This document shows, one piece after another, positions 42,760-52,443 of a DNA stretch of 64,000 bases. The translations under genes were made by a program, and so were the position numbers. The stretch covers positions 352,001 to 416,000 of the forward strand of contig CAVPXI010000014.1 of the NCBI GenBank assembly GCA_963709585.1, written 5' to 3'. The notes below the pieces were generated by a model. The model was not told where the DNA came from, did not search any database, and saw only the letters and a program-made list of their open reading frames with translations. The stretch's first letter is position 1. Each line of letters starts with the position of its first letter. The DNA comes from Candidatus Dormiibacterota bacterium (GTDB lineage Bacteria; Chloroflexota; Dormibacteria; Aeolococcales; Aeolococcaceae).

Positions 42760-43607
42760 TCAGACCGCGGCCGCGGGCGCGGACGGCGGGCTCGAGACGC
42801 GCCGCCGCACCGGGCGCAGGAAGAGCGTCAGCCCCACCCCGAGGAAGGCCGCCCAGAGGATCGCCTGGAGTACCGTCGGCGCGGCGCTGTAGCCGACCAA
42901 CCCGTGCAGTACGTCGCCGATCCCGGTGTTGTCGGGAAGTGTCCCGCTCATGTTCCAGAGGGTCATCGAGCCGCCCGGAAGGACCCCGAGCCCCTGGAGG
43001 ATCTGCACGGCGTCCGCGAGCAGGCCGGCGGCGACCACCATCAGCAGGCTGCCGACGACGGCGAAGAAGCGGCCGAGGTTGACGCGCACGCCGACGCGAT
43101 ATATCGCGAAGCTCACCGAGAGCGCGATGGCGAGACCGATCACCGCACCGATCACGAGTTGGAGCGGCGAGCTCTGGTATGCGATGGCGATCAGAAAGAT
43201 CACCGTCTCGACCGCCTCGCGCCCGACGGTCACGAACGCGATGAGACCGAGAGCGATGCCGGAGCCGCCACGCACCGCCTCGGAGACGCGCTCGCGCAGC
43301 TCTCGCCCCATGTTCCGGCTGTTGCGCCGCATCCAGAAGGTCATGTAGGTGAGCACGCCGACGGCGACCGCGAAGACGCCGGTCTCGAACCAGGCCTGCG
43401 GGGTCGAGTCTTGACGAACGCATCGCCGCTGGCGATCCAGAGCACGATCCCGGCCGCCGTGGCCAGCACGACGGCGGCGCCCGCACCGAGAAACACGTAC
43501 CGGAAGAGCTCGCGATGCCCCGCTGCGGCGAGGCAGGTCAGCAGGATCGAGCAGATCAGGGTGCCCTCGAGCCCCTCTCTCGCAAAGATCAGCAGGCTTC
43601 CGACCAC
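42760..43607 (-). CDS. FTR1/EfeU family iron permease; apparent frameshift near 43410
   Basis: Two RExxE motifs (AREGLEG; GREAVET) and a multi-TM pattern across two frames. Confidence 0.9.
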
Positions 43608-43650
43608 GAACTCGTCCCTTTGGACAGATGGATGGCGCCGCAGCGGCGCG

Positions 43651-43669
43651 TTAGCTTAGCCTAACCTAA
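43651..43669. promoter_or_regulatory. DtxR/IdeR operator box
   Basis: TTAGCTTAGCCTAACCTAA, one mismatch to the palindromic consensus TTAGGTTAGSCTAACCTAA, about 45 nt upstream of FTR1. Confidence 0.88.
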
Positions 43670-44358
43670 CGGTCCGCGGGTGCCTCGACCCAGATCGCCC
43701 GGGCGGCCGCCGAGTCGACGGCCACGTGCACGTCTGCGGCGGTGAGCTCCCACCCGCCCGGCGAGTGAGCGACGATCCCGACTTCGATCCCCGGGACGAT
43801 TCCCCGCTCATCGAGGAGGTGGAGCAGCTGCGGCGCCTCGTGCTCGGCGACTTCCGAGATCCGCGCGACCCGGGCTCGATCGCCGTCCTCGAGCTCCACG
43901 AGCCGCACCAGCCGTCCGCCCTCCGGGGGCGTCCGTCCCGGGATCACATTCCCGTGCGGACACGTGGTCGGCCTGCCGAGCAACTCGTCGATCCGGTCGA
44001 GAACCGTCGCCGACATGCCGTGGGTCAGCGACTGCGCCTCGAGGTCGGCGGTGGCCCAGTCGAACCCGAGGACGTCGGTGAGCCACCGCTCCACGATGCG
44101 ATGGCGGCGTACGATCGTCGCGGCGGCCGCGGCACCGCCATCGGTGAGCTCGACCGACCGATCGCCCGCGATCCGGATCAGCCCATCACGCGCGAGGCGC
44201 TGGAGCGAGACGGTGACCGTCGGCGCGCTGACGCCGAGCCACTCGGCGAGCCGGCCGGGACGTGGTACCTCGCCCTCGTGCTCGATGTAATAGATCGCCT
44301 CGAGATAGCGCTCGGTGGCTTCCGAGCGCTGCAGGATCGGGTCGCCGGCGGCGCTCAT
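43666..44358 (-). CDS. DtxR/IdeR family metal-dependent regulator with FeoA/SH3 domain
   Basis: ERYLEAIY, LGVSAPTV, RRHRIVERWL, CPHGNVIPG, C-terminal FeoA-like domain. Confidence 0.93.
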   Translation of the reverse strand: MSAAGDPILQRSEATERYLEAIYYIEHEGEVPRPGRLAEWLGVSAPTVTVSLQRLARDGLIRIAGDRSVELTDGGAAAAATIVRRHRIVERWLTDVLGFDWATADLEAQSLTHGMSATVLDRIDELLGRPTTCPHGNVIPGRTPPEGGRLVRLVELEDGDRARVARISEVAEHEAPQLLHLLDERGIVPGIEVGIVAHSPGGWELTAADVHVAVDSAAARAIWVEAPADR

Positions 44359-44369
44359 GCGGATGGAAT

Positions 44370-45386
44370 CTACGCGCACTCCGCCAGCGACGGATCCACG
44401 TCGAACCCCGGAGCATCCGGACCGTGGAGCCGGAGCCGCTGCCACCCGGCTGCCGCGATCATCGCGGCGTTGTCGGTGCAGAGGTCGAAGGGCGGCACCA
44501 CGACACGCAGCCTGCTGAATCGCGCTCCAACCGCGTCGCGCAGCGCCTGGTTGGCCGCCACCCCGCCGACCACGGCCACGGTGCTCGCCCCGGTGCGATC
44601 CGCCGCGGCTGCCAGGCCCGACACCAGCTGATCCACCGCGGCCGACTGAAAGCTCGCCGCGAGGTCGGCAACCACCTGCGGATCGGCGGGGACGCCTGAA
44701 TCGGTGAGCGATCCGGATCCGAGGTCACGCACCATGTAGCGGACGGCGGTCTTTAAGCCGCTGAACGAGAATGCCCCGTCGAGCCGGGTGCGGGGCAGCG
44801 GGAACCGGCGCGCATCGCCCGAGCGAGCGACCCGCTGGATCGCGGGGCCGCCCGGATACTCCAGGCCGAGCAGGCGGGCAACCTTGTCGAAGGCCTCGCC
44901 GGCGGCGTCATCGCGGGTCGCGGCAAGCCGCTCGGCGACGCCGTGCTCACGGAGTACGACGCACTCGGTGTGCCCGCCGCTGACCAGCAACGCGAGGTAT
45001 GGGGGCTCGAGCTCGGGGTCGGCGAGCCACGCGCTGTACACATGCCCGGCGAGATGCGAGACCCCGACGATCGGCACGCCGCGGGCGATGGCGGCGCTCG
45101 ACGCGTACATCGTGCCGACGATCAGGCATCCTGCCAGCCCCGGACCGCGAGTGACCGCGATGGCGTCGACGGCGTCCCAGCCGCCGGGTATGGGCGCGAG
45201 TGCGGCGTCGACGACGGTCGCGAGACCCTCGAGATGGGCACGCGCGGCGAGCTCGGGAACGACGCCACCGTGGACGGCATGCAGGGCAATCTGCGACGAC
45301 ACCACCGAGGAACGCACCTCGCGTCCGTCGGACAGCACCGCCGCCGCGGTCTCGTCGCAGGAGGTCTCGATCGCGAGGACGTTCAG
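44370..45386 (-). CDS. tsaD: tRNA threonylcarbamoyltransferase TsaD; probable CTG start
   Basis: LAIETSCDET, GGVVPELAARAH, H..GH, LVSGGHT, DDAAGEAFDK, FSFSGLKT, TDNAAMIA. Confidence 0.95.
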   Translation of the reverse strand: MNVLAIETSCDETAAAVLSDGREVRSSVVSSQIALHAVHGGVVPELAARAHLEGLATVVDAALAPIPGGWDAVDAIAVTRGPGLAGCLIVGTMYASSAAIARGVPIVGVSHLAGHVYSAWLADPELEPPYLALLVSGGHTECVVLREHGVAERLAATRDDAAGEAFDKVARLLGLEYPGGPAIQRVARSGDARRFPLPRTRLDGAFSFSGLKTAVRYMVRDLGSGSLTDSGVPADPQVVADLAASFQSAAVDQLVSGLAAAADRTGASTVAVVGGVAANQALRDAVGARFSRLRVVVPPFDLCTDNAAMIAAAGWQRLRLHGPDAPGFDVDPSLAECA

Positions 45387-45937
45387 GCGGACGGGTACTC
45401 CATCGAGGGTCCGCCCCCGACCCCGGCCACGTCGAGGCCGCTGAGGATCGCGTTGAATCCCCGCTTGAACGCCGGGGCATGGATGCTGTCGCTCCACATG
45501 ATCACGGCGTCCTCGCCGTTGTCGGTGTAGTACCCGCGCCGGCGACCGATCGCCTTGAACCCGAATCGTTCATAGAGGCGGATGGCGTGGTCGTTGGTGT
45601 CGCGCACCTCGAGCGTGATCCACCGCGCCCCGAGCGCGTAGGCGCGCTGCACGAGGGCTGCGAAGAGCACGGTGCCGTAGCCCTTGGAGTGATCACCGGC
45701 GCGGACGCCGATGGTGGTCACGTGGGCCTCGAGCGCGACCCGCCAGAGCCCCGCGTATCCGACGATGCCACCGTCCTGGCGGAGCACGATGTACGACGCC
45801 TGGCGGTTCTGGGACAGCTCGCTCGCGTACGCATTCTTCGGCCACGGCGACGCGAAGACCTGACGCTCGATTGCCTGCACGGCGGCGATGTCCTCGTAGC
45901 GCATCGGCTCGACGGAGAGACGAGGGACGACCTGCAT
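45383..45937 (-). CDS. rimI: Ribosomal protein S18 alanine N-acetyltransferase
   Basis: IE..VF..PW, GYAG, LEVR.TN..AIRLY..FGF..GRRRGYY..GEDA.IM. Confidence 0.92.
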   Translation of the reverse strand: MQVVPRLSVEPMRYEDIAAVQAIERQVFASPWPKNAYASELSQNRQASYIVLRQDGGIVGYAGLWRVALEAHVTTIGVRAGDHSKGYGTVLFAALVQRAYALGARWITLEVRDTNDHAIRLYERFGFKAIGRRRGYYTDNGEDAVIMWSDSIHAPAFKRGFNAILSGLDVAGVGGGPSMEYPSA

Positions 45938-46028
45938 GAACACCCTGAAAATCAATGGTGGAGTCGGTATCTGCATCATAACCGCGGCAAACGGAGACGG
46001 CAGTCGCGATAACGACACCTTTAGTCGA

Positions 46029-46589
46029 CTAGTCGAAGTAGCGGGCGGTGAGGCCGGCGCGCTCGAGTGCCGGTCGTGAGAGTGCAAGCGGGACCGCGCG
46101 GGCCAGCGCCCGTGCCGGGTCGACCAGGATGACGCCGGCGATCGCGCCGCCGTCACTGCTGACTACTCGTGCGCCGACTGCGTCGAAGTCGGCCTGACGG
46201 ATGCGCGACGGGTTGGCGGCATCGCCCACATGGGCCACGTACAGCGCGCCCCGCCCGGCGTCGCTGACCACCCAGTCACCAGGCGCAGCATCCGGATCGC
46301 CGCTCGCCACCACCTCGAGCGAGCCGATGCCGTGCAGCGGCAGCCGGCGCACATGGGCGACGCCGAGCGCGGCCGCCATCCCGGCGCGGACGCCGGTGTA
46401 CGTCCCCGGGCCGGTGACCACCACGACGGCGCGGTCGACCGTCGCGAGCATCCGCGCGAGCGCCGGAGGCAGCGAGACGGCGACCGGCTGGTCGCGGATC
46501 ACCTCCGATTCGAGCAGGTCGCCGTCCGCCGTCGTCAGCACGCAGACGAGCCGCGACCGCGACGAGGTGTCGATGGCGAGCACGCTCAC
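46029..46589 (-). CDS. tsaB: tRNA threonylcarbamoyladenosine biosynthesis protein TsaB
   Basis: LAIDTS, GPGTYTGVR.G, DA.RG; operon context. Confidence 0.9.
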   Translation of the reverse strand: MSVLAIDTSSRSRLVCVLTTADGDLLESEVIRDQPVAVSLPPALARMLATVDRAVVVVTGPGTYTGVRAGMAAALGVAHVRRLPLHGIGSLEVVASGDPDAAPGDWVVSDAGRGALYVAHVGDAANPSRIRQADFDAVGARVVSSDGGAIAGVILVDPARALARAVPLALSRPALERAGLTARYFD

Positions 46590-47068
46590 GCCCGGCCTCC
46601 TTGGTTCCACGCGTCGCCGATCCGTCGGGGCGCGCCCGGCAGCAGGGTGATCAGACGCGAGCCGTCGTCGTCGATGTCGATGCTGATGCTGATGCCGGCA
46701 ATTGCGCGCTCGTCGCGCGCCGCATGATCACCCCACTCGACGACCACGACACCGCCGGACTCGAGCATCTCGTCGATGTCGAGCAGGCGGATGTCGGCGC
46801 TCGGCCCGAGGCGGTACAGGTCGAGGTGGTGCAGGACCTTCGCCCCGGCGCGGTACACGTGGTGCAGGACGAATGTCGGGGAACGCACCAGGGCCGGGTC
46901 GATGCCCATACCCGTCGCGATGCCGCGCACCAGCACCGTCTTCCCTGCGCCCAACTCGCCGCTCAGGAGGATGAGGTCGCCGGGTTCGACCCGGGTGCCG
47001 ATCCGCTCTCCGAGAGCGAGCGTCGCCGTCTCGGTCGAGCATCGTGCGGCTGCCCCCGAGTTGCTCAC
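46586..47068 (-). CDS. tsaE: tRNA threonylcarbamoyladenosine ATPase TsaE
   Basis: GELGAGKT, SPTF, HLDLYRL, VVEWG. Confidence 0.95.
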   Translation of the reverse strand: MSNSGAAARCSTETATLALGERIGTRVEPGDLILLSGELGAGKTVLVRGIATGMGIDPALVRSPTFVLHHVYRAGAKVLHHLDLYRLGPSADIRLLDIDEMLESGGVVVVEWGDHAARDERAIAGISISIDIDDDGSRLITLLPGAPRRIGDAWNQGGRA

Positions 47069-48108
47069 GCGAAGTGCCGCGAGCTCGTGCGCGGTCGCGG
47101 CACCCGCGCTCCTCCTTCCCGATCGAGGACGACGATACCGGTGCCCGCGCCGAGGGCTCCGACGACTGCGAGCGGGGCCAGCGCGTCGGGCCAGGATTCG
47201 AGCAGGGCGCCGACCGCCGCGCGCGGCAGGATCGCGACCAGCTCGAAATCCTCCCCGCCGCCGAGCGCGAGGTCCGGCCACGAGGCGCCGAAGTCCGCCA
47301 CGAGTGCAGGTTCGACTGGGACCCGATCGAGCCAGATCTCTGCGCCGCAGCCGGACATGTCGGTGATCCGCTCCAGCTCGACGAACAGCCCGTCGCTGAT
47401 GTCACCGCCGCAGCGCACCCCCGCCTCGATCAGCTGGAGGCCCTCGGCAATCCGGGCCACCGGCGAGAGCTGGGCCTCGACCCAGGCTCGCTCCTGCTCG
47501 GACAGCTCGGCGCCTCCGTCGAGGAGCAGTCGCAGTCCTGCGGCCGCTCGGCCCAGCGTTCCCGTGACCACGATCACGTCGCCGGGACTGCCGCGATCGC
47601 GCCGCAACGCCGCGCCGGCCGCAAGCGTCCCCCCGACCGAGACGTCGATCACCAGTGGCCCGTCGATTGCGCTGACGTCGCCTCCGGCGACCGCGCACCC
47701 CGAGGCGGCTGCGGCGGCGCAGAGTCCCCGTTGGATGTCAAGGACGTCCTCGAGGCGAGTGCTCGCCGGGGCGCAGAGCGTCGCCGCGCACCACACCGGT
47801 CGGGCGCCCATCCCGGCCAGGTCCGAGAGCGCGACGGCAAGCGCGCGAGCGCCGAGCCCGCGCGGGCTGATCCAGGATCGGTGGAAATCGACGCCCTCGA
47901 CCAGGGCATCCTGGCTGATCGCAAGGTCGCGCCCGGGCTCCGGAGCCCAGACGGCGGCGTCGTCACCGGCGCCGATGACCAGGGGCGGCGACGACGCTCG
48001 CGCAATCCCGGTGAGCGCCTTCAAAAGCGCCTGCTCGCCCACGTCGGCAAGCGTCGGCCCCGCTTCGTCGAAGGCTCGGTCGGCCTGTTGATGTCGCTCC
48101 AACGTCAC
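47065..48108 (-). CDS. thiL: Thiamine-monophosphate kinase
   Basis: GE..L, GDDAA, D.LVEGVDF, SDLAGMGA.P, GGD, DISDGL, GGEDFEL. Confidence 0.95.
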   Translation of the reverse strand: MTLERHQQADRAFDEAGPTLADVGEQALLKALTGIARASSPPLVIGAGDDAAVWAPEPGRDLAISQDALVEGVDFHRSWISPRGLGARALAVALSDLAGMGARPVWCAATLCAPASTRLEDVLDIQRGLCAAAAASGCAVAGGDVSAIDGPLVIDVSVGGTLAAGAALRRDRGSPGDVIVVTGTLGRAAAGLRLLLDGGAELSEQERAWVEAQLSPVARIAEGLQLIEAGVRCGGDISDGLFVELERITDMSGCGAEIWLDRVPVEPALVADFGASWPDLALGGGEDFELVAILPRAAVGALLESWPDALAPLAVVGALGAGTGIVVLDREGGARVPRPRTSSRHFA

Positions 48109-48163
48109 ACGTCCGCAATATACGTGGCCTGCGCGCGCGGTACTGTGGCGCCCGGTGTCCGGC

Positions 48164-48193
48164 TTGCACTTGGACCATCAAGGTCGCTATGGT
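48164..48193 (+). promoter_or_regulatory. Putative sigma70-type promoter for the CHAP hydrolase gene
   Basis: TTGCAC-N18-TATGGT upstream of a short leader containing a TGCCC-gttta-GGGCA hairpin. Confidence 0.4.
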
Positions 48194-48250
48194 GCCGCGG
48201 GGACCAACCGAGCGATGCCCGTTTAGGGCACCGGCGGCCGATGATGGAGG

Positions 48251-49345
48251 ATGTCTATTTTGACGTGGAGCCGGAAGGTGGCCCTGACCGTCGCAGGTGT
48301 CATCACCCTTCTGGCCACCGGTATCGGAGCCATCCCGAACAGTCAGGCAAACGGTTCGCAGGCGCCGAGCTCCGCCATCGCAGCGCTGCAACACCGGCGC
48401 GCGCAACTCATCGCAGAGCTCGCCGCGTTGCAACCCAGCATCAGCGCCGCAGGTGGATCCGTCGGTTCGGCGGAGGCGATGTTCAACGCGCAGCAGACCA
48501 AGGTGTTGAACCAGCGCAACCAGCTCGCACAGCTGAACGCAAAACTGCTGGCGCTGAGCAGTCAGTTGAACAGCAACAACGCGACCGCTGCGCAGGACAA
48601 GGCACAACTGGCCGGAATCACGCGCGCAACGTACGAGACCAGCGGCGGCAACCAGGTGCTGGCGGCGGTGCTGAGCGCGCAGTCGTTCAACCAGGCGATT
48701 GACGAGTTGAAGGCCGCGAACCAGGTGTCGCAACAGGTTCTCGACCTTGTCGAGCGTCTCGCCGCGTCCAACCATGCCATCGTCGCGGAGCAGACATCGA
48801 TCCGTTCCGACGCCGCCTCAGCGCAGAGCCTCGAAGGCCAACTCGCCGCCCAGAGCGACCGCCTGCTGACCATCCTCGAAGACCGCAACACGCTGTTCGC
48901 GGGACTCAACGGACCGGCGCGCGCGATCGCCGCACAGATCGCCAGCATCGACAACCAGATCGCATTTCTCGAGGCCGGACCGCACGTCGGATCGGGGGCG
49001 TGCGGCAATCACTTCGCGTACGGGTTCTGCACGTACTACGTCGCGACGCGGCGCTGCGTCCCGTGGCTCGGCAACGCCGGGAGCTGGTACATCGCGGCGG
49101 CACAGATGGGATTCAAGGAAGGCCGGCTGCCGGTCGCGGGCGCGATCGTGGTGTTCCGGCCGGGCGTCGATGGTGTGAGCCCCGAGGGTCACGTCGCCTA
49201 CGTCGAGGCGGTGGGACCGGCCGCGGGGATCCCGGCGGGTGCTTTCAAGCTCTCGGAGATGAACTTCGCCGGATGGAACCGGGTCGACTACCGGGTGATC
49301 AGCGACACGAGCGCGGACATCATGGGGTTCATCTACGGGCAGTAG
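48251..49345 (+). CDS. Secreted coiled-coil + CHAP domain peptidoglycan hydrolase (PcsB/CwlO-like)
   Basis: Signal peptide, long heptad region, F..G.CT.YV, WLGNA..W, GHVAYVEAV, SEMN. Confidence 0.9.
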   Translation: MSILTWSRKVALTVAGVITLLATGIGAIPNSQANGSQAPSSAIAALQHRRAQLIAELAALQPSISAAGGSVGSAEAMFNAQQTKVLNQRNQLAQLNAKLLALSSQLNSNNATAAQDKAQLAGITRATYETSGGNQVLAAVLSAQSFNQAIDELKAANQVSQQVLDLVERLAASNHAIVAEQTSIRSDAASAQSLEGQLAAQSDRLLTILEDRNTLFAGLNGPARAIAAQIASIDNQIAFLEAGPHVGSGACGNHFAYGFCTYYVATRRCVPWLGNAGSWYIAAAQMGFKEGRLPVAGAIVVFRPGVDGVSPEGHVAYVEAVGPAAGIPAGAFKLSEMNFAGWNRVDYRVISDTSADIMGFIYGQ

Positions 49346-50570
49346 CCGCCTCGAGCGCCGCTCTGAGGAGCTCCTGGGCCGCGGGCAGGGTGTCGATCAC
49401 GTCTGAGGCGAGCGCCCCCGCGCGTCCCCGGCGAGCCTGGACCATCAGACCGGCCTGAGCATGGATGGACACGCCGGCCACCGCGGCGTCGCGAGGTCCG
49501 AGCCCCTGGGCGAGCATGGAGCCGATCAGGCCGGCGAGCACATCGCCGGTCCCGCCGGTCGCCAGGGCGACGATGCGGTGGCGATCGACATGGGTGGGGA
49601 AGCTCGATGCCGCCACCACCGTGTCGGCGCCTTTGAGAACGACCACGACCCCATGCTCCCGCGCGTAGCGCTCGGCGGTGCCGAGCCGGTCCGCCTGCAC
49701 CGCCTCGGTGGCCATGTCCGCGAGCCTGCCCATCTCCGCGGGGTGTGGGGTCACGACGATGGTCTGCCCGGTCGATCTCCAGTCGAATCCTGAGGCCGCG
49801 ATGATGTTCAGGGCGTCGGCGTCGACCACGGCCGGGCACGGCAGCCCGACCAGGATCTCGACGAGTGCTCGGACCGTGTCCGGCGACTGCCCGAGTCCGG
49901 GTCCGACCACCAGCGCATCCGCGCCGCGGAGCCGCTCGCGCACGGTGGGAACAGCGTCGAGGTGCAGCGTGCCGGTACCGGCGTCCGGGAGCGGTGTGGG
50001 CATCACCTCGAGGCAGCCGGCGGCGACGATCGCGTGGATTGCCTCGGGGATGCCGACTTCGACCAGCCCGGCGCCTCCCCGTGCGGCGCCCATCGCGGCC
50101 AGCCGCGGCGCGCCGGTAAAAGCCTTCGATCCCGCGATCACGAGCACGCGACCGAAGGTGCCCTTGTGCCCGTCCTCGGGTCGATCGGCGAGCACCAGCC
50201 CATCGGGAGGAGCCGGCAGCGTCCGGCGGCGCGGGCCGCGGTCGACCGCGACGGCGATGGCGAGCCCCCCGTCGTGGGTCAGCGACAGAGCGATATCGGT
50301 CGGCTCGCCGCGAACGTGCACCTGGGGAGCTCCACCGCGGCGGCGGACCACCTCGATGTCCTTGTACGCCGGCATGCGTTCGCCGATCGAACCATAGAGT
50401 TTCTTGACCGCCTCCTTGGCGGCCCACCTGCTCGCCCATCGCTCGGGCTTGGCGGCGGCGTACCGCTGCTCACTGTCGGTGTAGATGCGCTGGGCAAAGC
50501 GCGGGTGGCGGGCCAGCGCCGCGGCGATGCGATCCACGACGGTCACATCGACCCCGACAACCATCGTCAT
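49329..50570 (-). CDS. Fusion of holo-ACP synthase (AcpS) and ADP-dependent NAD(P)H-hydrate dehydratase (NnrD)
   Basis: N-terminal GVD...RWAAKEAVKK...SLTHD; C-terminal HKGTFGRV..IAGS, VGPGLG, DADALN, TPHPAEM, LATGGTGDVLAG. Confidence 0.9.
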   Translation of the reverse strand: MTMVVGVDVTVVDRIAAALARHPRFAQRIYTDSEQRYAAAKPERWASRWAAKEAVKKLYGSIGERMPAYKDIEVVRRRGGAPQVHVRGEPTDIALSLTHDGGLAIAVAVDRGPRRRTLPAPPDGLVLADRPEDGHKGTFGRVLVIAGSKAFTGAPRLAAMGAARGGAGLVEVGIPEAIHAIVAAGCLEVMPTPLPDAGTGTLHLDAVPTVRERLRGADALVVGPGLGQSPDTVRALVEILVGLPCPAVVDADALNIIAASGFDWRSTGQTIVVTPHPAEMGRLADMATEAVQADRLGTAERYAREHGVVVVLKGADTVVAASSFPTHVDRHRIVALATGGTGDVLAGLIGSMLAQGLGPRDAAVAGVSIHAQAGLMVQARRGRAGALASDVIDTLPAAQELLRAALEAATARR

Positions 50571-50577
50571 GCGACGA

Positions 50578-52409
50578 CTATTCCACAGTCACCGATTTCG
50601 CGAGGTTGCGCGGCTGGTCGACGTCGCATCCCCGCTGCACGGCGACGTGATACGCGAAGAGCTGCAGCGGGATGACGTTGATCAGCGGCGAGAACACCTC
50701 CGAGCAGGCGGGCACCGGCACCGTGGTCGCGAACCCGGCGTCGAACGGATCCTCGCCCTCGGTGACGAGCGCGATCACCGGCGCATCGCGCGAATGCACC
50801 TCCTGCACGTTGCTCACCATCTTCGGGAGCGTCGCCGAGCGAGTGGCGATGGCGATCACCGGGACGTCGGGCTCGAGCAGCGCGATCGGTCCGTGCTTCA
50901 GCTCGCCCGCCGCGTATCCCTCCGCGTGCACGTAGGAGATCTCCTTGAGCTTGAGCGCGCCCTCCATCGCGATCGGGAAGTTGATACCCCTGCCGATGTA
51001 CAGCGCGCTGTGCGTGTGCGCGAACCGCTGGCCGAGCTCGACGAGCATCGGTTCGAGCTCCAGGGTCCGCGCCAGGAGGGGGGCAGGCTCTGCAACTCCG
51101 CGACCAGTCGCTGATGCTCGCCGACATCCAGCGTCCCGCGTGCATCACCGAGACGAAGTGCGAGCAGCAGACCGCACACCATCTGAGTCATGAAGGTCTT
51201 GGTGCCGGCGACGGAGATCTCCGGTCCGGCCTGCATGTAGAGCGCGCCGTCGGCCTCGAGTGGCAATGCACTCCCGACAACATTCGTGATTGCGATGACC
51301 TTGGCGCCGGCCCGATGCGCCTGCCGCACTGCCGCAAGCGTGTCGGCAGTCTCACCCGACTGCGACACCGCGATCACCAGTGAATGCGCATCGACGAGCG
51401 CTTCGCCATACCGGAACTCGCTCGCCGCCTCGACCTTGCAGCGAATCTTTGCCAGATGCTCGATTGCGTAGCCGGCGACCATCGCCGCATACCAGGCCGA
51501 TCCGCACGCAACCAGGACCACCTCATGCACCTCCGCGAGCTGGTCGTCATCCATCCCCAACTCGGGCAGCACGACCATCCCCATGTCATCGATGCGGCCG
51601 CGAAGCGCGTTGCGCACCGCCTCGGGCTGCTCGTGAATCTCCTTCAGCAGGAAGTGCGGAAAGCCGTTCTTCTGCGCCTGCTCCGCCTCCCAGTCGACGG
51701 TGACGATGCGCGCCTCGACGGCGGTGCCGTCGAGCTGTTGCACAGTGATCCCCAGAGGGGTGGCGGTGACGATCTCCCCTTCGCCGAGCAGCGCGATCCG
51801 CTTGGTGTACGGGATCAAGGCGGTGATGTCGCTGCTCACGAAGACCTCGCCGCGTCCGAGTCCGACCACGAGCGGGGCGTTCATCCGTGCGCCCACCACG
51901 CGGTCGGGCTGATCCGCGGAGATGACCACCAGGGCGCACGCACCCTGCATGCGGTTGAGCGCACTCCGAACGGCGCTCGCGAGATCGCCGTGGAAGGCGT
52001 CTTCGATGAGATGGGGAACGACCTCGGTGTCGGTCTCGCTCAGGAACTCGTGCCCGCGCGACATCAGCTCGGCCCGCAGCTCGCGATAGTTCTCGACGAT
52101 GCCGTTGTGAATGACGTGAATGCGCCCGGTGCAATCCTGGTGCGGATGCGCGTTCTCGAGCGACGGACGGCCGTGCGTCGCCCAGCGCGTGTGCCCGATG
52201 CCGACGGTGCCGGACGGCGTCCCCTCGGCTTCGACCTGGCGGGCGAGGTCAGCGACCTTGTTGGTGTTCTTGACCGTCGCGACGTCGCCGTCCGCATCGA
52301 TGATCGCGATCCCGGCCGAGTCGTAGCCTCGATACTCGAGACGGCGAAGGCTGTCGAGCAGCACGGGCGCCGCGGGGCGGGGGCCGGTGTAGCCGATGAT
52401 GCCGCACAT
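50578..52409 (-). CDS. glmS: Glutamine-fructose-6-phosphate transaminase; apparent frameshift at a C homopolymer near 51080
   Basis: MCGIIG, LEYRGYDSAG, GHTRWATHG, SQSGETADT; EGALKLKEISY and DQPRNLAKSVTVE in the next frame. Confidence 0.96.
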
Positions 52410-52443
52410 GGGACCTCTCTGGAACGGACCGCGTGAGAAGGGG

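Noticed and set aside
48182-48245. Possible c-di-AMP (ydaO) riboswitch upstream of the CHAP hydrolase
   Set aside because: The context fits and a GGGGACC and hairpins are present, but the leader is too short and lacks the conserved GCUGAAUCC and GUCAGCUAAC elements
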